Translations under genes and position numbers: made by a program | The notes under the pieces: generated by a model | Told to the model about the DNA's origin: nothing | What the model saw: only the letters and a program-made list of their open reading frames with translations | Databases searched by the model: none | Shown: piece by piece, positions 10,444 through 20,405 of the stretch | Position numbering within the stretch: the first letter of the stretch is position 1 | Layout of the letters: the number at the start of each line of letters is the position of its first letter | Assembly (NCBI GenBank): GCA_035439485.1 | Contig: DAORKI010000004.1 | Coordinates: 5,745-69,744 of the forward strand | Source of the DNA: Bacteroidia bacterium | GTDB lineage: Bacteria > Bacteroidota > Bacteroidia > UBA4408 | Direction of reading: 5' to 3' | Length of the DNA stretch: 64,000 nucleotides

Positions 10444-10814
10444 GTAGTGAATTTATACTTGAACTAAAAGTTTTATTTGGTTTTGGGAAATGGTACAAGG
10501 TATTTGATTCATATCATGATGCTGTTACCCACATTCCAAATAATAAATCAATATTAGTGCACTTGGGAAAAACAGAAATTTGTTTAGCACGCAACGAAAC
10601 TATCATAACGGCATTTTTAAATGAATGCCCTCATAACCAAATGCCATTAAATAGAGGTTTTTTTAATGAAAAGAAAGAATGGATTTGTCCCTATCACCGT
10701 CATTGTTTTAATGTATCAAATGGTGACAATTTAACTATGCCCGAAACAGGAAAACTAAAATTATTCCAAATTAAAATAAGCAAAAATGGACTGTATGTTT
10801 ACAAGGATAACTAA
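10440..10814 (+). CDS. small Rieske [2Fe-2S] domain protein
   Basis: The motifs CPH (box 1, 'ECPHNQ') and CPYH ('CPYHRHCF', box 2) are spaced as in Rieske proteins. There is a 4-bp ATGA overlap with the comEC stop. Confidence 0.65.
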   Translation: MSSEFILELKVLFGFGKWYKVFDSYHDAVTHIPNNKSILVHLGKTEICLARNETIITAFLNECPHNQMPLNRGFFNEKKEWICPYHRHCFNVSNGDNLTMPETGKLKLFQIKISKNGLYVYKDN

Positions 10815-11518
10815 AAATTAGGCTTGTGTAAATATTTTGAGTAAAATTTCTCGATATTCATTACTGCCTCATCAGCCGTATCAACCAAACTAACTAAATC
10901 TAAATCAATTTCATTAATATTTTGTTCCTTTTTAAGTAATGAACTTTTAATCCATTCTAACAAACCACCCCAGTAGTCTTTTCCAACTAATATAACGGGA
11001 AAAGCAGCTACTTTTCTTGTTTGAATTAAAGTCAAGGCTTCAAATAGTTCGTCTAGTGTACCAAACCCGCCAGGCAAAACAATAAAGCCTTGAGCATATT
11101 TCATAAACATCACTTTACGTACAAAAAAGTAGTCGAAACTAATTAGTTTATCTACGTCAATATAAGGATTAGAGTATTGCTCGTGCGGCAATTCAATATT
11201 CAGTCCAACCGACATCCCACCACCTTTATTAGCGCCTTTATTGGCTGCTTCCATAATGCCGGGGCCACCTCCAGTGATTACTCCATATCCTTTTTGTGTA
11301 AGTTTAAAAGCTATTTCTTCGGCTAATAAATAATACTGGTTTTCGTTTTTTGTTCTGGCACTTCCAAAAATGGAAACGCAAGGCCCAATTTTTCCTAATT
11401 TTTCAAATGCCTCCACAAACTCGGCCATGATTTTAAAAATTTGCCACGAGTCTTTCACCTTTACTTCACTCCAATCTTTAGGCTGAAATGCCCTTCTAAT
11501 TCTTTCTTCTTCGTTCAT
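10811..11518 (-). CDS. LOG family protein (cytokinin riboside 5'-monophosphate phosphoribohydrolase-like, TIGR00730)
   Basis: It carries 'GGGPGIMEA' and the 'PGGFGTLDE' motif of LOG/YvdD lysine-decarboxylase-like proteins. Confidence 0.85.
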   Translation of the reverse strand: MNEEERIRRAFQPKDWSEVKVKDSWQIFKIMAEFVEAFEKLGKIGPCVSIFGSARTKNENQYYLLAEEIAFKLTQKGYGVITGGGPGIMEAANKGANKGGGMSVGLNIELPHEQYSNPYIDVDKLISFDYFFVRKVMFMKYAQGFIVLPGGFGTLDELFEALTLIQTRKVAAFPVILVGKDYWGGLLEWIKSSLLKKEQNINEIDLDLVSLVDTADEAVMNIEKFYSKYLHKPNF

Positions 11519-11531
11519 ATATATATTTTCG

Positions 11532-14369
11532 TTATGGATTTACCAATTGTTTTAGCTCGTGTTTTAAATATTGTGCTGTAAAGCTTTGTTTATGATGTAC
11601 AACTTGCTCGGGTGTTCCTTCACAAACCAGCATTCCTCCTTCATCACCACCTTCAGGCCCCATATCAATAATATAATCAGCCACTTTTATAATATCCATG
11701 TTATGTTCGATAATTAACACAGAATTTCCATTATCAACTAACTTATTAATTACTTCAAGAAAAATTCTAATATCTTCAAAGTGCAGGCCAGTACTTGGCT
11801 CATCAAGAATATAGAATGTGTTGCCTGTATCTCTCTTTGATAATTCAGCTGCTAACTTAATTCTTTGCGCTTCGCCCCCCGAAAGCGTTGTGCTCGATTG
11901 CCCAAGTGTTATATAACCTAGTCCAACCTCATTCATAGTTTTTATTTTTTGCAAAATAGAAGGTATGCCACTAAAAAATTCTACAGCATCTTCAATAGTC
12001 AAATTTAAAATATCACTAATAGATTTTCCTTTGTATCTTATTTCTAAAGTTTCTCGGTTGTATCGTTTGCCATTACATTCACTACAGTTTACATACACAT
12101 CGGGCAAAAAATTCATTTCTATGGTCACTAATCCAGCACCTTGACAAGTTTCACATCTTCCTCCTTTTACATTAAATGAAAATCTTCCTGGCTTGTAGCC
12201 TCTAATTTTTGCTTCGGGAATCTCGGCAAATAAATTTCTAATATCTCCAAATACATTGGTATATGTTGCAGGATTACTTCTTGGAGTTCTGCCTATTGGT
12301 GATTGATCTATTTCAATAATTTTATCTATATTTTTCAATCCATCAATACTTTGATATGGCAAAGGGTTTTGATGACTTCTATAAAAATGTTTATTTAAAA
12401 TTGGATATAAAGTTTCTTTAATTAAGGAAGACTTACCGCTTCCAGAAACACCAGTTACACAAACTAATTTTCCCAAGGGAATGCTAACATCCACATTTTT
12501 TAAATTATGACCTGTAGCCCCTTTGATGGTCAAAAATTTTCCTGTTCCTTTTCTTCGTTGTTTTGGAATTTCAATTTTCATTTCATTCCTCAAGTATTTT
12601 GCGGTAATTGAATTTTGGATTAGTAATTCTTGTGGAGTTCCACTTGCTACTACGCGGCCACCATGTATACCAGCCTTTGGGCCAATGTCTAAAACAAAGT
12701 CTGCTTGTTCAATCATTTCTCTATCATGTTCTACAACAATAACAGAGTTTCCAGTATCGCGTAAATTAATTAATGAATTAATTAAACGAGTGTTATCTCT
12801 TTGGTGTAAACCAATGCTTGGCTCATCTAATATATATAAAACACCTACTAATTGTGAACCTATTTGAGTAGCCAGTCGAATTCGCTGTGATTCACCGCCA
12901 GAAAGCGATTGAGAAGATCTGTTCAACTCCAAATACCCCAAACCAACATCAAGTAAAAATTGTATCCTTGGCCTTATTTCTTTCAACACTTCAGATGCAA
13001 TAAGATTTTGTTTATCAGTTAAGCGTTGCTCTAAATTATTAAACCATATTTTTAGATTTTTCAAATTCATACTATTCAACTCATAAATATTTTTTGAGTC
13101 GATTTTAAAGTATAAACTTTCCTGTTTTAGTCTTGCGCCATTGCATTTAGGGCAAGCTACTTTATTCATAAAGCTTTCTGCCCATTTGTCAATACTTTTA
13201 GATCCAAGTTCCTCTTGTTGCCTTGCTATAAAATTTACAATACCTTCAAATTGAACTGCATGTGTGGTTCCAGAATGTTGATTTTTGACTTTAATGAGTT
13301 CGTTACTTCCGTAAAGAATAATATCTAAAGCTTCTTCTTGAATTTCCTCGATAGGTGTATCAAGATTAAAACCATGTAATACACCTAATGAATTAATTTG
13401 TTCAAAAATCCAAGTATTTCGAGCTTCTCCAAGTGCAATTATTCCACCCTTTTTGATACTAAGTTTAGGATTGGGAATTAATTTTTTTTGATCTATTTGA
13501 CTAACTACACCCAGACCATTACATTTTGGACATGCACCAAATGGCGAATTAAATGAAAATAAATTGGGAGCAGGATCATCATAGGAAATGCCAGAATCGG
13601 CACACATCAGAGCACGGCTATAAAAACTAAGCTCGTTAGTTTCGTTGTCCAATACAGCCACAGATCCTTTGGCCATCCGCATTCCTAATTGTAATGAACT
13701 TACTAAACGTGTTTTAATGTCGTCAGCTACAGTGAATCTGTCAATCACAATTTCAATGTTGTGGATTTTATACCTATCGAGCTGCATTCTGGCTTTAAGT
13801 TCAGTTATCTCGCCATCTATGCGTGCTCTAATAAATCCTTGCTTAATAATTTGTTCAAACAACTCCCGATAATGTCCTTTTCGTCCTTTAACTACAGGAG
13901 CTAGTATAGAAATTTTTTTATCATGGTATTTTTCAAGAATAATATTTACTATTTGATCATCGGTATATTTTACCATTGGTTTACCTGTTACATATGAATA
14001 TGCAGTAGCGGTGCGTGCAAATAGTAATCTTAAAAAATCATAAATCTCGGTAATAGTGCCCACTGTGGAGCGAGGGTTTTTGTTTGTAGTTTTTTGCTCA
14101 ATAGAAATTACAGGACTTAAACCAACAATTCTATCTACATCAGGTCTTTCCAAATTTCCCAAAAATTGACGTGCATATATGGAAAAACTTTCTATATATC
14201 TTCTTTGACCTTCAGCAAAAATGGTATCGAAAGCCAATGATGACTTACCACTTCCACTCAAGCCAGTTATAACCACTAGTTTATTTCTTGGTATAACAAC
14301 ATCAATGTTTTTTAAATTATGTACTCGAGCTCCTGTAATCTCTAAATTTTCCTCTTCTTCCCAATGCAT
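11532..14369 (-). CDS. uvrA: excinuclease ABC subunit A
   Basis: The 945-aa ORF has two ABC ATPase modules (Walker A 'GLSGSGKSS' and 'GVSGSGKSS'), zinc fingers ('CPKCNG', 'CETCQGAG') and LSGGE signatures. Confidence 0.97.
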   Translation of the reverse strand: MHWEEEENLEITGARVHNLKNIDVVIPRNKLVVITGLSGSGKSSLAFDTIFAEGQRRYIESFSIYARQFLGNLERPDVDRIVGLSPVISIEQKTTNKNPRSTVGTITEIYDFLRLLFARTATAYSYVTGKPMVKYTDDQIVNIILEKYHDKKISILAPVVKGRKGHYRELFEQIIKQGFIRARIDGEITELKARMQLDRYKIHNIEIVIDRFTVADDIKTRLVSSLQLGMRMAKGSVAVLDNETNELSFYSRALMCADSGISYDDPAPNLFSFNSPFGACPKCNGLGVVSQIDQKKLIPNPKLSIKKGGIIALGEARNTWIFEQINSLGVLHGFNLDTPIEEIQEEALDIILYGSNELIKVKNQHSGTTHAVQFEGIVNFIARQQEELGSKSIDKWAESFMNKVACPKCNGARLKQESLYFKIDSKNIYELNSMNLKNLKIWFNNLEQRLTDKQNLIASEVLKEIRPRIQFLLDVGLGYLELNRSSQSLSGGESQRIRLATQIGSQLVGVLYILDEPSIGLHQRDNTRLINSLINLRDTGNSVIVVEHDREMIEQADFVLDIGPKAGIHGGRVVASGTPQELLIQNSITAKYLRNEMKIEIPKQRRKGTGKFLTIKGATGHNLKNVDVSIPLGKLVCVTGVSGSGKSSLIKETLYPILNKHFYRSHQNPLPYQSIDGLKNIDKIIEIDQSPIGRTPRSNPATYTNVFGDIRNLFAEIPEAKIRGYKPGRFSFNVKGGRCETCQGAGLVTIEMNFLPDVYVNCSECNGKRYNRETLEIRYKGKSISDILNLTIEDAVEFFSGIPSILQKIKTMNEVGLGYITLGQSSTTLSGGEAQRIKLAAELSKRDTGNTFYILDEPSTGLHFEDIRIFLEVINKLVDNGNSVLIIEHNMDIIKVADYIIDMGPEGGDEGGMLVCEGTPEQVVHHKQSFTAQYLKHELKQLVNP

Positions 14370-14380
14370 AAAATATAATG

Positions 14381-15427
14381 TTATTTCTTATTTTGAAAAT
14401 GAGAGGAATCGTTATGGGTACTTGGTATAAAACCTAAGCTATCGTTCTTTAAATTGTATTTTGGGTTCCCTAGATAGATTTCATTTAACATCATCTCATC
14501 AAAGTTTTTGGTTGGAATGTCAATAACAAAGGTGTTCTTATTTTTGTTTTCAAGAAAATTTTGTCTCAACCATGGATTTAAAAGTTTAATTAATTTATAG
14601 TTATATCCTATTTTTTGTGAAAAATCGGCAATGTTGCTAATTGATGAATCTACAGCCAATTGTTGAATAGGGATTTGAGGATAAAGATCGCTTTTACGAA
14701 GTATGAAACCATACTTTTGAGGCGATTGCATAATTTCTTTCAAGGCTAAAATTCTAAAAATGTATCTGGCTGTTTCTTGATTCAATAATAAGTCATAATA
14801 ATTTGATACTTTTTGACTTTCCATTTGTTTGGCAATGCCATTAATTCCCATATTGTAAGAGGCAGCCACCAATGTCCAATTCCCGAATTTAGCGTAAGCT
14901 TCCTTAAAATATTTACAAGCTGCTTCAGTTGCCTTTTGTATATGGTATCTTTCATCAATATTCTCGTTTACGGTAAGGCCATAATTGTTGGCTGTTTTGT
15001 CTAAAAATTGCCAAAATCCAGATGCTCCCGAAGGAGAAACAGCATTAGTAAAACCGCTTTCAATAAGGGCAACATATTTAAAATCATCAGGAATTCCGTT
15101 CTTTTTAAGAATAGGAGATATTTTTTGAAACCATCTATAAGCTCTTTTGTGCAACAAAATACTCTGCGATTGCCAATAGGTATTCAATAATAATTCTCTG
15201 TCTAATGATTCCCGTACATCAAATTGGTTGAGAGGCACTGCTTCACCAGCAAAATCAAGTTTTGAAGGCAGATTTAATGAATATACTTTGTAATTTTTTC
15301 GAAACTCATTTTTGTAATAATCATCTTGAGCTCTTTTATTTGAAAAAACTATTAAATTAATGCCTAACAAAACAAACAGTAAAACAATAGCTGCAGCGAG
15401 ATGTTTGTTTTTATTAATTGAATCCAT
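14381..15427 (-). CDS. lytic transglycosylase domain protein (SLT/MltD-like catalytic domain)
   Basis: It has an N-terminal transmembrane anchor and the catalytic motif 'ESGFTNAVSPSGASGFWQF' (E-S-G-F...G-L-M-Q type). Confidence 0.75.
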   Translation of the reverse strand: MDSINKNKHLAAAIVLLFVLLGINLIVFSNKRAQDDYYKNEFRKNYKVYSLNLPSKLDFAGEAVPLNQFDVRESLDRELLLNTYWQSQSILLHKRAYRWFQKISPILKKNGIPDDFKYVALIESGFTNAVSPSGASGFWQFLDKTANNYGLTVNENIDERYHIQKATEAACKYFKEAYAKFGNWTLVAASYNMGINGIAKQMESQKVSNYYDLLLNQETARYIFRILALKEIMQSPQKYGFILRKSDLYPQIPIQQLAVDSSISNIADFSQKIGYNYKLIKLLNPWLRQNFLENKNKNTFVIDIPTKNFDEMMLNEIYLGNPKYNLKNDSLGFIPSTHNDSSHFQNKK

Positions 15428-15459
15428 TTATTTAATTAAATTTCAATAGCAAAAAGCTA

Positions 15460-16539
15460 TTATTGAGCAGTTGGTGCTTTTTTGGTTTTGGAAATGTAAA
15501 ACAAGACCCCAAAAATAGCTAAAAAATATACAGCAAGCAAGCCTGCGTTTATAAAGGACCAATTTTCGATACTTAAAACCCAAATAGTGATTAGGCAAGA
15601 AAACATAGAAATTATCCCAATTATTATGGCCACCTGTTTATCTGTAAATCCTGCATAGGACAAATGATGCGTAGTATGATCTTTTCCTCCAACAAAAGGA
15701 GACTGACCTCGTCCAAGTCGGTTAATTGTAACTGTGGTGGTGTCAATAATAGGAATTATAAAAACAATTAATGTGAGAATAACTTGTTTAGTTTGAGAGT
15801 GGTTTTCACTATCAAAAGGTGTATTCCAAAAACAAGTAATTGCCATTGCTCCGAGTAATACCCCAAGAAACTGACTGCCAGTGTCGCCCATATATATTTT
15901 TGAAGGATTCCAATTATAGAAAAGGAAACCAATAAGTGCCGCAAGCACACCAATTAAAACAATAAACTCAATACTTTCGAAACTATTTAGTGCTGAAAGT
16001 ACGATTAATGCTGAAATTATTATTGATATTGAAACAGTAGTTGTAATAGCATCCATGTTATCGAGCATATTAATTGAATTCATGATGCCAACAATCCAAA
16101 ACACTGTAATAAAATAATTCAGGATATTAGATGAAAACAGTTGTATATAAGTTCCTGAGAAGCAAAGAATAAAGCCACATAAGACTTGGGCTAAAAACTT
16201 AAGTAAAGGGCGTGTATTGTATGCATCATCTGCTAATCCAACTAAAAAACCAATTGTTACAGCAAGCATTAGGCCAATAAATTTAACATTTTCAAGTATA
16301 CTATGCTGCGATGAAAGCATAAAGTAAAATGTAATGGCAAATAAAAAATTCAAGAAAAATGATATTCCACCTAATGCAGGTTTTGATCTGCTGCCCCATC
16401 TGATAGCGTTTTCATCAACATTTCTCATCCCTAAATTTTTTGAAAATTTAATAAACAAGCCATTTAACAAAAATGAAAATGCTGTTGCTAAAACTCCAAA
16501 AATCAGATAAAAGACAATCATACTATACTTTTCGTACAT
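15460..16539 (-). CDS. undecaprenyl-phosphate sugar-1-phosphate transferase (WecA/MraY-like family, initiating transferase)
   Basis: The polytopic membrane protein has 'DDxxN' ('DDAYN') and 'MGDTGSQFLG' motifs typical of WecA/WbpL-type polyisoprenyl-phosphate HexNAc-1-P transferases. Confidence 0.8.
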   Translation of the reverse strand: MYEKYSMIVFYLIFGVLATAFSFLLNGLFIKFSKNLGMRNVDENAIRWGSRSKPALGGISFFLNFLFAITFYFMLSSQHSILENVKFIGLMLAVTIGFLVGLADDAYNTRPLLKFLAQVLCGFILCFSGTYIQLFSSNILNYFITVFWIVGIMNSINMLDNMDAITTTVSISIIISALIVLSALNSFESIEFIVLIGVLAALIGFLFYNWNPSKIYMGDTGSQFLGVLLGAMAITCFWNTPFDSENHSQTKQVILTLIVFIIPIIDTTTVTINRLGRGQSPFVGGKDHTTHHLSYAGFTDKQVAIIIGIISMFSCLITIWVLSIENWSFINAGLLAVYFLAIFGVLFYISKTKKAPTAQ

Positions 16540-16581
16540 AATATTTAGCCAGATTATACCGCAAATATAGTTAAAAAGTGT

Positions 16582-17124
16582 TTAAAAATAATATTTGTTT
16601 ATATCAAAGGTGGGTAAAATTGCATCCTTGTTAGATATAAGTGGGTTTACATCTCCCCAATTTATATTAAGTTGCTCATCGTTCCAAATAATTCCGCTTT
16701 CCGATGATTTATTATAAAATGTTGAGCATTTGTAAGCAAACACTGTTTGGTCTACTAATGCCACAAAACCATGAGCAAAACCAATTGGAATATAAAACAT
16801 GAAGTTATTTTTATCATTGAGTTCAACGGTGTAGTGCTGACCAAAGGTTGGGGAATCTTTTCTTAAATCAACTGCCACATCAAGCACACTTCCTTTAATT
16901 ACCCTTACCAATTTTGCCTGGGCATGAACCCCAGTTTGGAAATGCAAACCTCTCAAGACATTTTTATTGGATAGGGATTGATTATCTTGAACAAAATTAT
17001 CGTCAATACCAATATTATGGAATTTCTCTTTGTTGAATGATTCAAAAAACACTCCTCTTTCATCAGAAAAAACATCTGGTTCAATTAATTTTAAACCATT
17101 AATGTCAAGGTTTATAACTTTCAT
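16582..17124 (-). CDS. rfbC: dTDP-4-dehydrorhamnose 3,5-epimerase
   Basis: The 180-aa ORF has the cupin fold motif 'RGLHFQ' and the 'HGF' catalytic region. Confidence 0.9.
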   Translation of the reverse strand: MKVINLDINGLKLIEPDVFSDERGVFFESFNKEKFHNIGIDDNFVQDNQSLSNKNVLRGLHFQTGVHAQAKLVRVIKGSVLDVAVDLRKDSPTFGQHYTVELNDKNNFMFYIPIGFAHGFVALVDQTVFAYKCSTFYNKSSESGIIWNDEQLNINWGDVNPLISNKDAILPTFDINKYYF

Positions 17125-17129
17125 AAGAA

Positions 17130-19574
17130 TTAGCTCCTTGTAAAAAATCTTTTCAAAAGCGAAGGCTTTGGTGGTTCATCTTCTTCATAATAGCCATAAC
17201 CATAGCCATACCCGTAACCATAGCCATAGCCATAGCCATACCCGTAGCCATATCCATAAGAAGAGCCATAATTATAACCATAAGAACTTCCACTTGCTTC
17301 CACCCCATTTAAAATGATTGACAAATTTTTAATATTTTTTTCTTCAACCAATGTGTTTATATTATCAAAGAAATTTTTCTTGGAATAATTGGCCCTGAAT
17401 ATAAATATAGGATAATCAGCTTTTTGAATATTAGGAATACCATCTGATACAATGCCAATTGGTGGATTATCAATGATAATAATATCATATATTTTTTTCA
17501 GCTCGTTAACAAAATCATCCATGATTGGTGATATGATGAGCTCGGCAGGATTTGGTGGAATTGGACCCGCTGTAATAAATTGTAGGTTTGGCAGTGCACT
17601 TTTTTGCACACAATCATGAAACTTGTCTTTCCCAATTAAAATAGTACTCATTCCATGTGTGTTAGGCGCATCAAAGCCTATATGAATTTTAGGCTTTCTC
17701 ATATCCAAATCAAGTACAATCACTTTTTTGCCAGCAAATGCAATAATACCTGCTAAGTTGATGGCTACGAAAGTTTTACCTTCACCAGAAATACTTGAGG
17801 TTATGGCTACAACTTTTGCGCCACCCTCATTTGATATAAATTGCAAATTTGCTCTAATTGACCTAAAGGCTTCTGAAATTGATGATTTTGGATTTTTATC
17901 GACTAATAATTGTGAAACAGGGATTTCCTTTTTGTATTTTGGAACAATTCCCAAAATAGCTATATCAGTGTATCTTCTAATTTCATTGATGGTAGTAATA
18001 TTGTTAAACATCAAAAACCTTAAAGCCACTGTAATAACAGATAATAAGGTAGCTATACCTATGGCAGTTAATAAAATGGTATTTCTATTAGGATAAATTG
18101 GTAAAGTTTGCTCAACCGCTTGTTCAAGAATTGAATTTTGTGGAACAAACCCTGCTATAGCAATGGAGTACTCCGCTTTTTTGTTAATTAATGAATTGTA
18201 AAATGTTTCGTTTATTCCATAAAGTTGTTTTAATCTATTGAACTCAAGTTCAATTGCTGGAACATCCTCAAGATCCTTTTCAAGAGCATCAATTTTATCT
18301 TGAATTTCTTTACTTCTTGCACCTAATGTTTCCTCCATTGCCTTGATGATGTTCACCAATTCTTGTTTTTCCTGCTTTATTCTGTCATTAAGCTCTTTAA
18401 TCACCCTATTTTCAGGATTTGCATCTTTCAAGTAAACTGTTCTTTTATGTTCTAAATCGTCAATACTTTTAACCTTATAAATAATATAGTTTTCAGATGT
18501 TGTGTTGTCTCCAAAAACTTGAAGACTAAATACGTCAAATTTTCCTGTTTGTTGATATTGCACACCAGTTTCATGTACCAAGCTCAGTTGGTAATTAATT
18601 TTAAGGAGATCTGCCTCGAGGTAATCAAGTTTTTTATAAAACCCTGCTGCAAAATCTCGTCCAACTGTAGTTTTAGTTTGTTTTCTATAGTCTTGGATTT
18701 TTTGCTCATAAGTTCTTAAATCTTCTGAAACATAGGAAAGTTGTTTATCAATGAAATCAATCGTTTTTTGCGCACTTTCAGATTTTTTTACAACATCATA
18801 GTTAATGAAATCACTTGCTACTTGATTAACAATATCAGCCGTTTTTTTTGCATTATTTTCTTCTAATGAAATACGCAGCGTTTTAGCATAATAATTTAAA
18901 ACCGTGATTTCAAGTCGACCAATGTATGGATCAGCCATTGTTTGAGGATCGTTGATTACAAAATAAAAAACGTCCTTTTTTAAATTGGTTTGATAATCCT
19001 GAATACTTGAAAAGTTCAATATTTTAATTTTGAATTTTACATCAGGAAAAACCACAATACTATTTGGCTTAGCTATTTTTACTTGTCGCACATCGTTCAT
19101 GATGTAAGAAACTTCAATTGCATTTTGCGATTTAAATTTTAATTGAATTGATCTCCCATAAATGCCTTTATTAAATACTTCAAAGTCTTCAATTTCATAA
19201 GGACTAGTTTTGTAATGTTCATTCACTTTAAAGGTACCTTTCACAAAATAACTCACTTGAATAGGTAATTGCGATATTGATTTGCGTAAAAATATTTTTG
19301 AACGCATTAATTCAACCACCCCATCTAATCCATTTTCGGTTTCTAATACATTGCCAACATTAAGTATTTTTGAGTTTCCACTATTGTTCGTAATTTGAAT
19401 TACCGCACTACTTTTAAATATTTCTCTTTGATAACGCACATATAGCAATGCGCTCATTAAGGCAATGAGATAAAATAAAATTATATAAATCACATTTTTT
19501 TGAAAAATATGAAGTAATAATCCAAGATCAAAGTTATCAAGCGCTGTGGCTGATTTTTTCTTTGTTTGGCTCAT
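17130..19574 (-). CDS. polysaccharide biosynthesis tyrosine autokinase (Wzc/EpsB-like BY-kinase) with (GY)n C-terminal tail
   Basis: It has an N-terminal Wzz-like periplasmic domain with transmembrane helices and coiled coils. The C-terminal kinase has Walker A 'SGEGKTFVAINLA', Walker A' 'IIIDNPP' and Walker B 'VIVLDLD'. The extreme C-terminus is 'YGYNYGSSYGYGYGYGYGYGYGYGYGYGYGYYEEDE'. A 1-base TAATG overlap with the upstream wza-like gene suggests translational coupling. Confidence 0.85.
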   Translation of the reverse strand: MSQTKKKSATALDNFDLGLLLHIFQKNVIYIILFYLIALMSALLYVRYQREIFKSSAVIQITNNSGNSKILNVGNVLETENGLDGVVELMRSKIFLRKSISQLPIQVSYFVKGTFKVNEHYKTSPYEIEDFEVFNKGIYGRSIQLKFKSQNAIEVSYIMNDVRQVKIAKPNSIVVFPDVKFKIKILNFSSIQDYQTNLKKDVFYFVINDPQTMADPYIGRLEITVLNYYAKTLRISLEENNAKKTADIVNQVASDFINYDVVKKSESAQKTIDFIDKQLSYVSEDLRTYEQKIQDYRKQTKTTVGRDFAAGFYKKLDYLEADLLKINYQLSLVHETGVQYQQTGKFDVFSLQVFGDNTTSENYIIYKVKSIDDLEHKRTVYLKDANPENRVIKELNDRIKQEKQELVNIIKAMEETLGARSKEIQDKIDALEKDLEDVPAIELEFNRLKQLYGINETFYNSLINKKAEYSIAIAGFVPQNSILEQAVEQTLPIYPNRNTILLTAIGIATLLSVITVALRFLMFNNITTINEIRRYTDIAILGIVPKYKKEIPVSQLLVDKNPKSSISEAFRSIRANLQFISNEGGAKVVAITSSISGEGKTFVAINLAGIIAFAGKKVIVLDLDMRKPKIHIGFDAPNTHGMSTILIGKDKFHDCVQKSALPNLQFITAGPIPPNPAELIISPIMDDFVNELKKIYDIIIIDNPPIGIVSDGIPNIQKADYPIFIFRANYSKKNFFDNINTLVEEKNIKNLSIILNGVEASGSSYGYNYGSSYGYGYGYGYGYGYGYGYGYGYGYYEEDEPPKPSLLKRFFTRS
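17186..17283 (-). repeat. in-frame hexanucleotide (CCATAG/CCGTAG-type) microsatellite encoding a Gly-Tyr repeat
   Basis: Direct reading of the DNA gives ccataaccatagccatacccgtaaccatagccatagccatagccatacccgtagccatatcc. These are 6-bp units encoding 'GY' on the minus strand. Confidence 0.8.
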
Positions 19575-20323
19575 TATTTAAGATAGTTAAATAAGAGTAA
19601 AACTGTAGTAAGGATAGACAAATATGGTCCAACCTCAACCATTAAATTTTTTGCAATTTGAGGCGAAGGGGTAATATAAACAATATCGTTGGATTGCATC
19701 ATGAAGTCAGCATCTTTTAAACCATCAATTGATCTAATATTAAAGTGATACACTTTAGGTTCAGTAAATTCTCCTCTAATCACTTTTATATCATATGCTC
19801 TACCTGTTCGGGTTATTCCCCCAGCAGAAGCAATAACTCTAAGCAAGTTTGTGTTTTCATCAACTAATTGAACAATTTTAGCATTCCCTTCAGATCCGGT
19901 GAAAACCAACACTTTTCTATTGGTAATTTTAAGTATAATAAATGGTTGTATATAATATTTTGAGAACTCTTCTTCTAAAAACATTTCAGCTTCTCTGAGT
20001 GTAAGGCCCCCCAATTTAACCCTTCCTAGTATGGGTAAATTCACAAGCCCATCAAACTCTACCCTATAGGTAAGTTCATTGCCTAATAAATTATTGTTGA
20101 TTTTATCATCACCAATCAAATTCAATACTTTAAAACCTTCATTTGTTAACAAAATCATGGTAATTTGATCGTTGGGGTTGAGGCGGGTTTCAAGCTCTTT
20201 TACTTTTGGTAAAGGCTCATATTGATAATCCTTTGGAGCCTTTAACATCATACTGGGATTCAATAACTTACAACTGCTGATGGTGACTGCCAATAAGAAT
20301 AAAAACGTAAGTTGTTTTAACAT
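19574..20323 (-). CDS. polysaccharide export outer-membrane protein (Wza/Poly_export + SLBB-like)
   Basis: It has a lipoprotein-like signal ('ISSCKLL'), a Poly_export motif region and an SLBB-like domain, and lies adjacent to Wzc. Confidence 0.8.
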   Translation of the reverse strand: MLKQLTFLFLLAVTISSCKLLNPSMMLKAPKDYQYEPLPKVKELETRLNPNDQITMILLTNEGFKVLNLIGDDKINNNLLGNELTYRVEFDGLVNLPILGRVKLGGLTLREAEMFLEEEFSKYYIQPFIILKITNRKVLVFTGSEGNAKIVQLVDENTNLLRVIASAGGITRTGRAYDIKVIRGEFTEPKVYHFNIRSIDGLKDADFMMQSNDIVYITPSPQIAKNLMVEVGPYLSILTTVLLLFNYLK

Positions 20324-20405
20324 TTTAAGAAACTATTTTTTTGCAAATTTATTATTTAATTGCTACTTATTGCTACTTTTTAAATATAAATATTCTTAAT
20401 TCCAT

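Noticed and set aside
12523-12867. 114-aa plus-strand ORF
   Set aside because: It is antisense within uvrA, whose reading frame is unambiguous. There is no motif, so it is spurious.
17728-18096. 122-aa plus-strand ORF inside the Wzc gene
   Set aside because: It is antisense to the conserved BY-kinase domain and is a shadow ORF.
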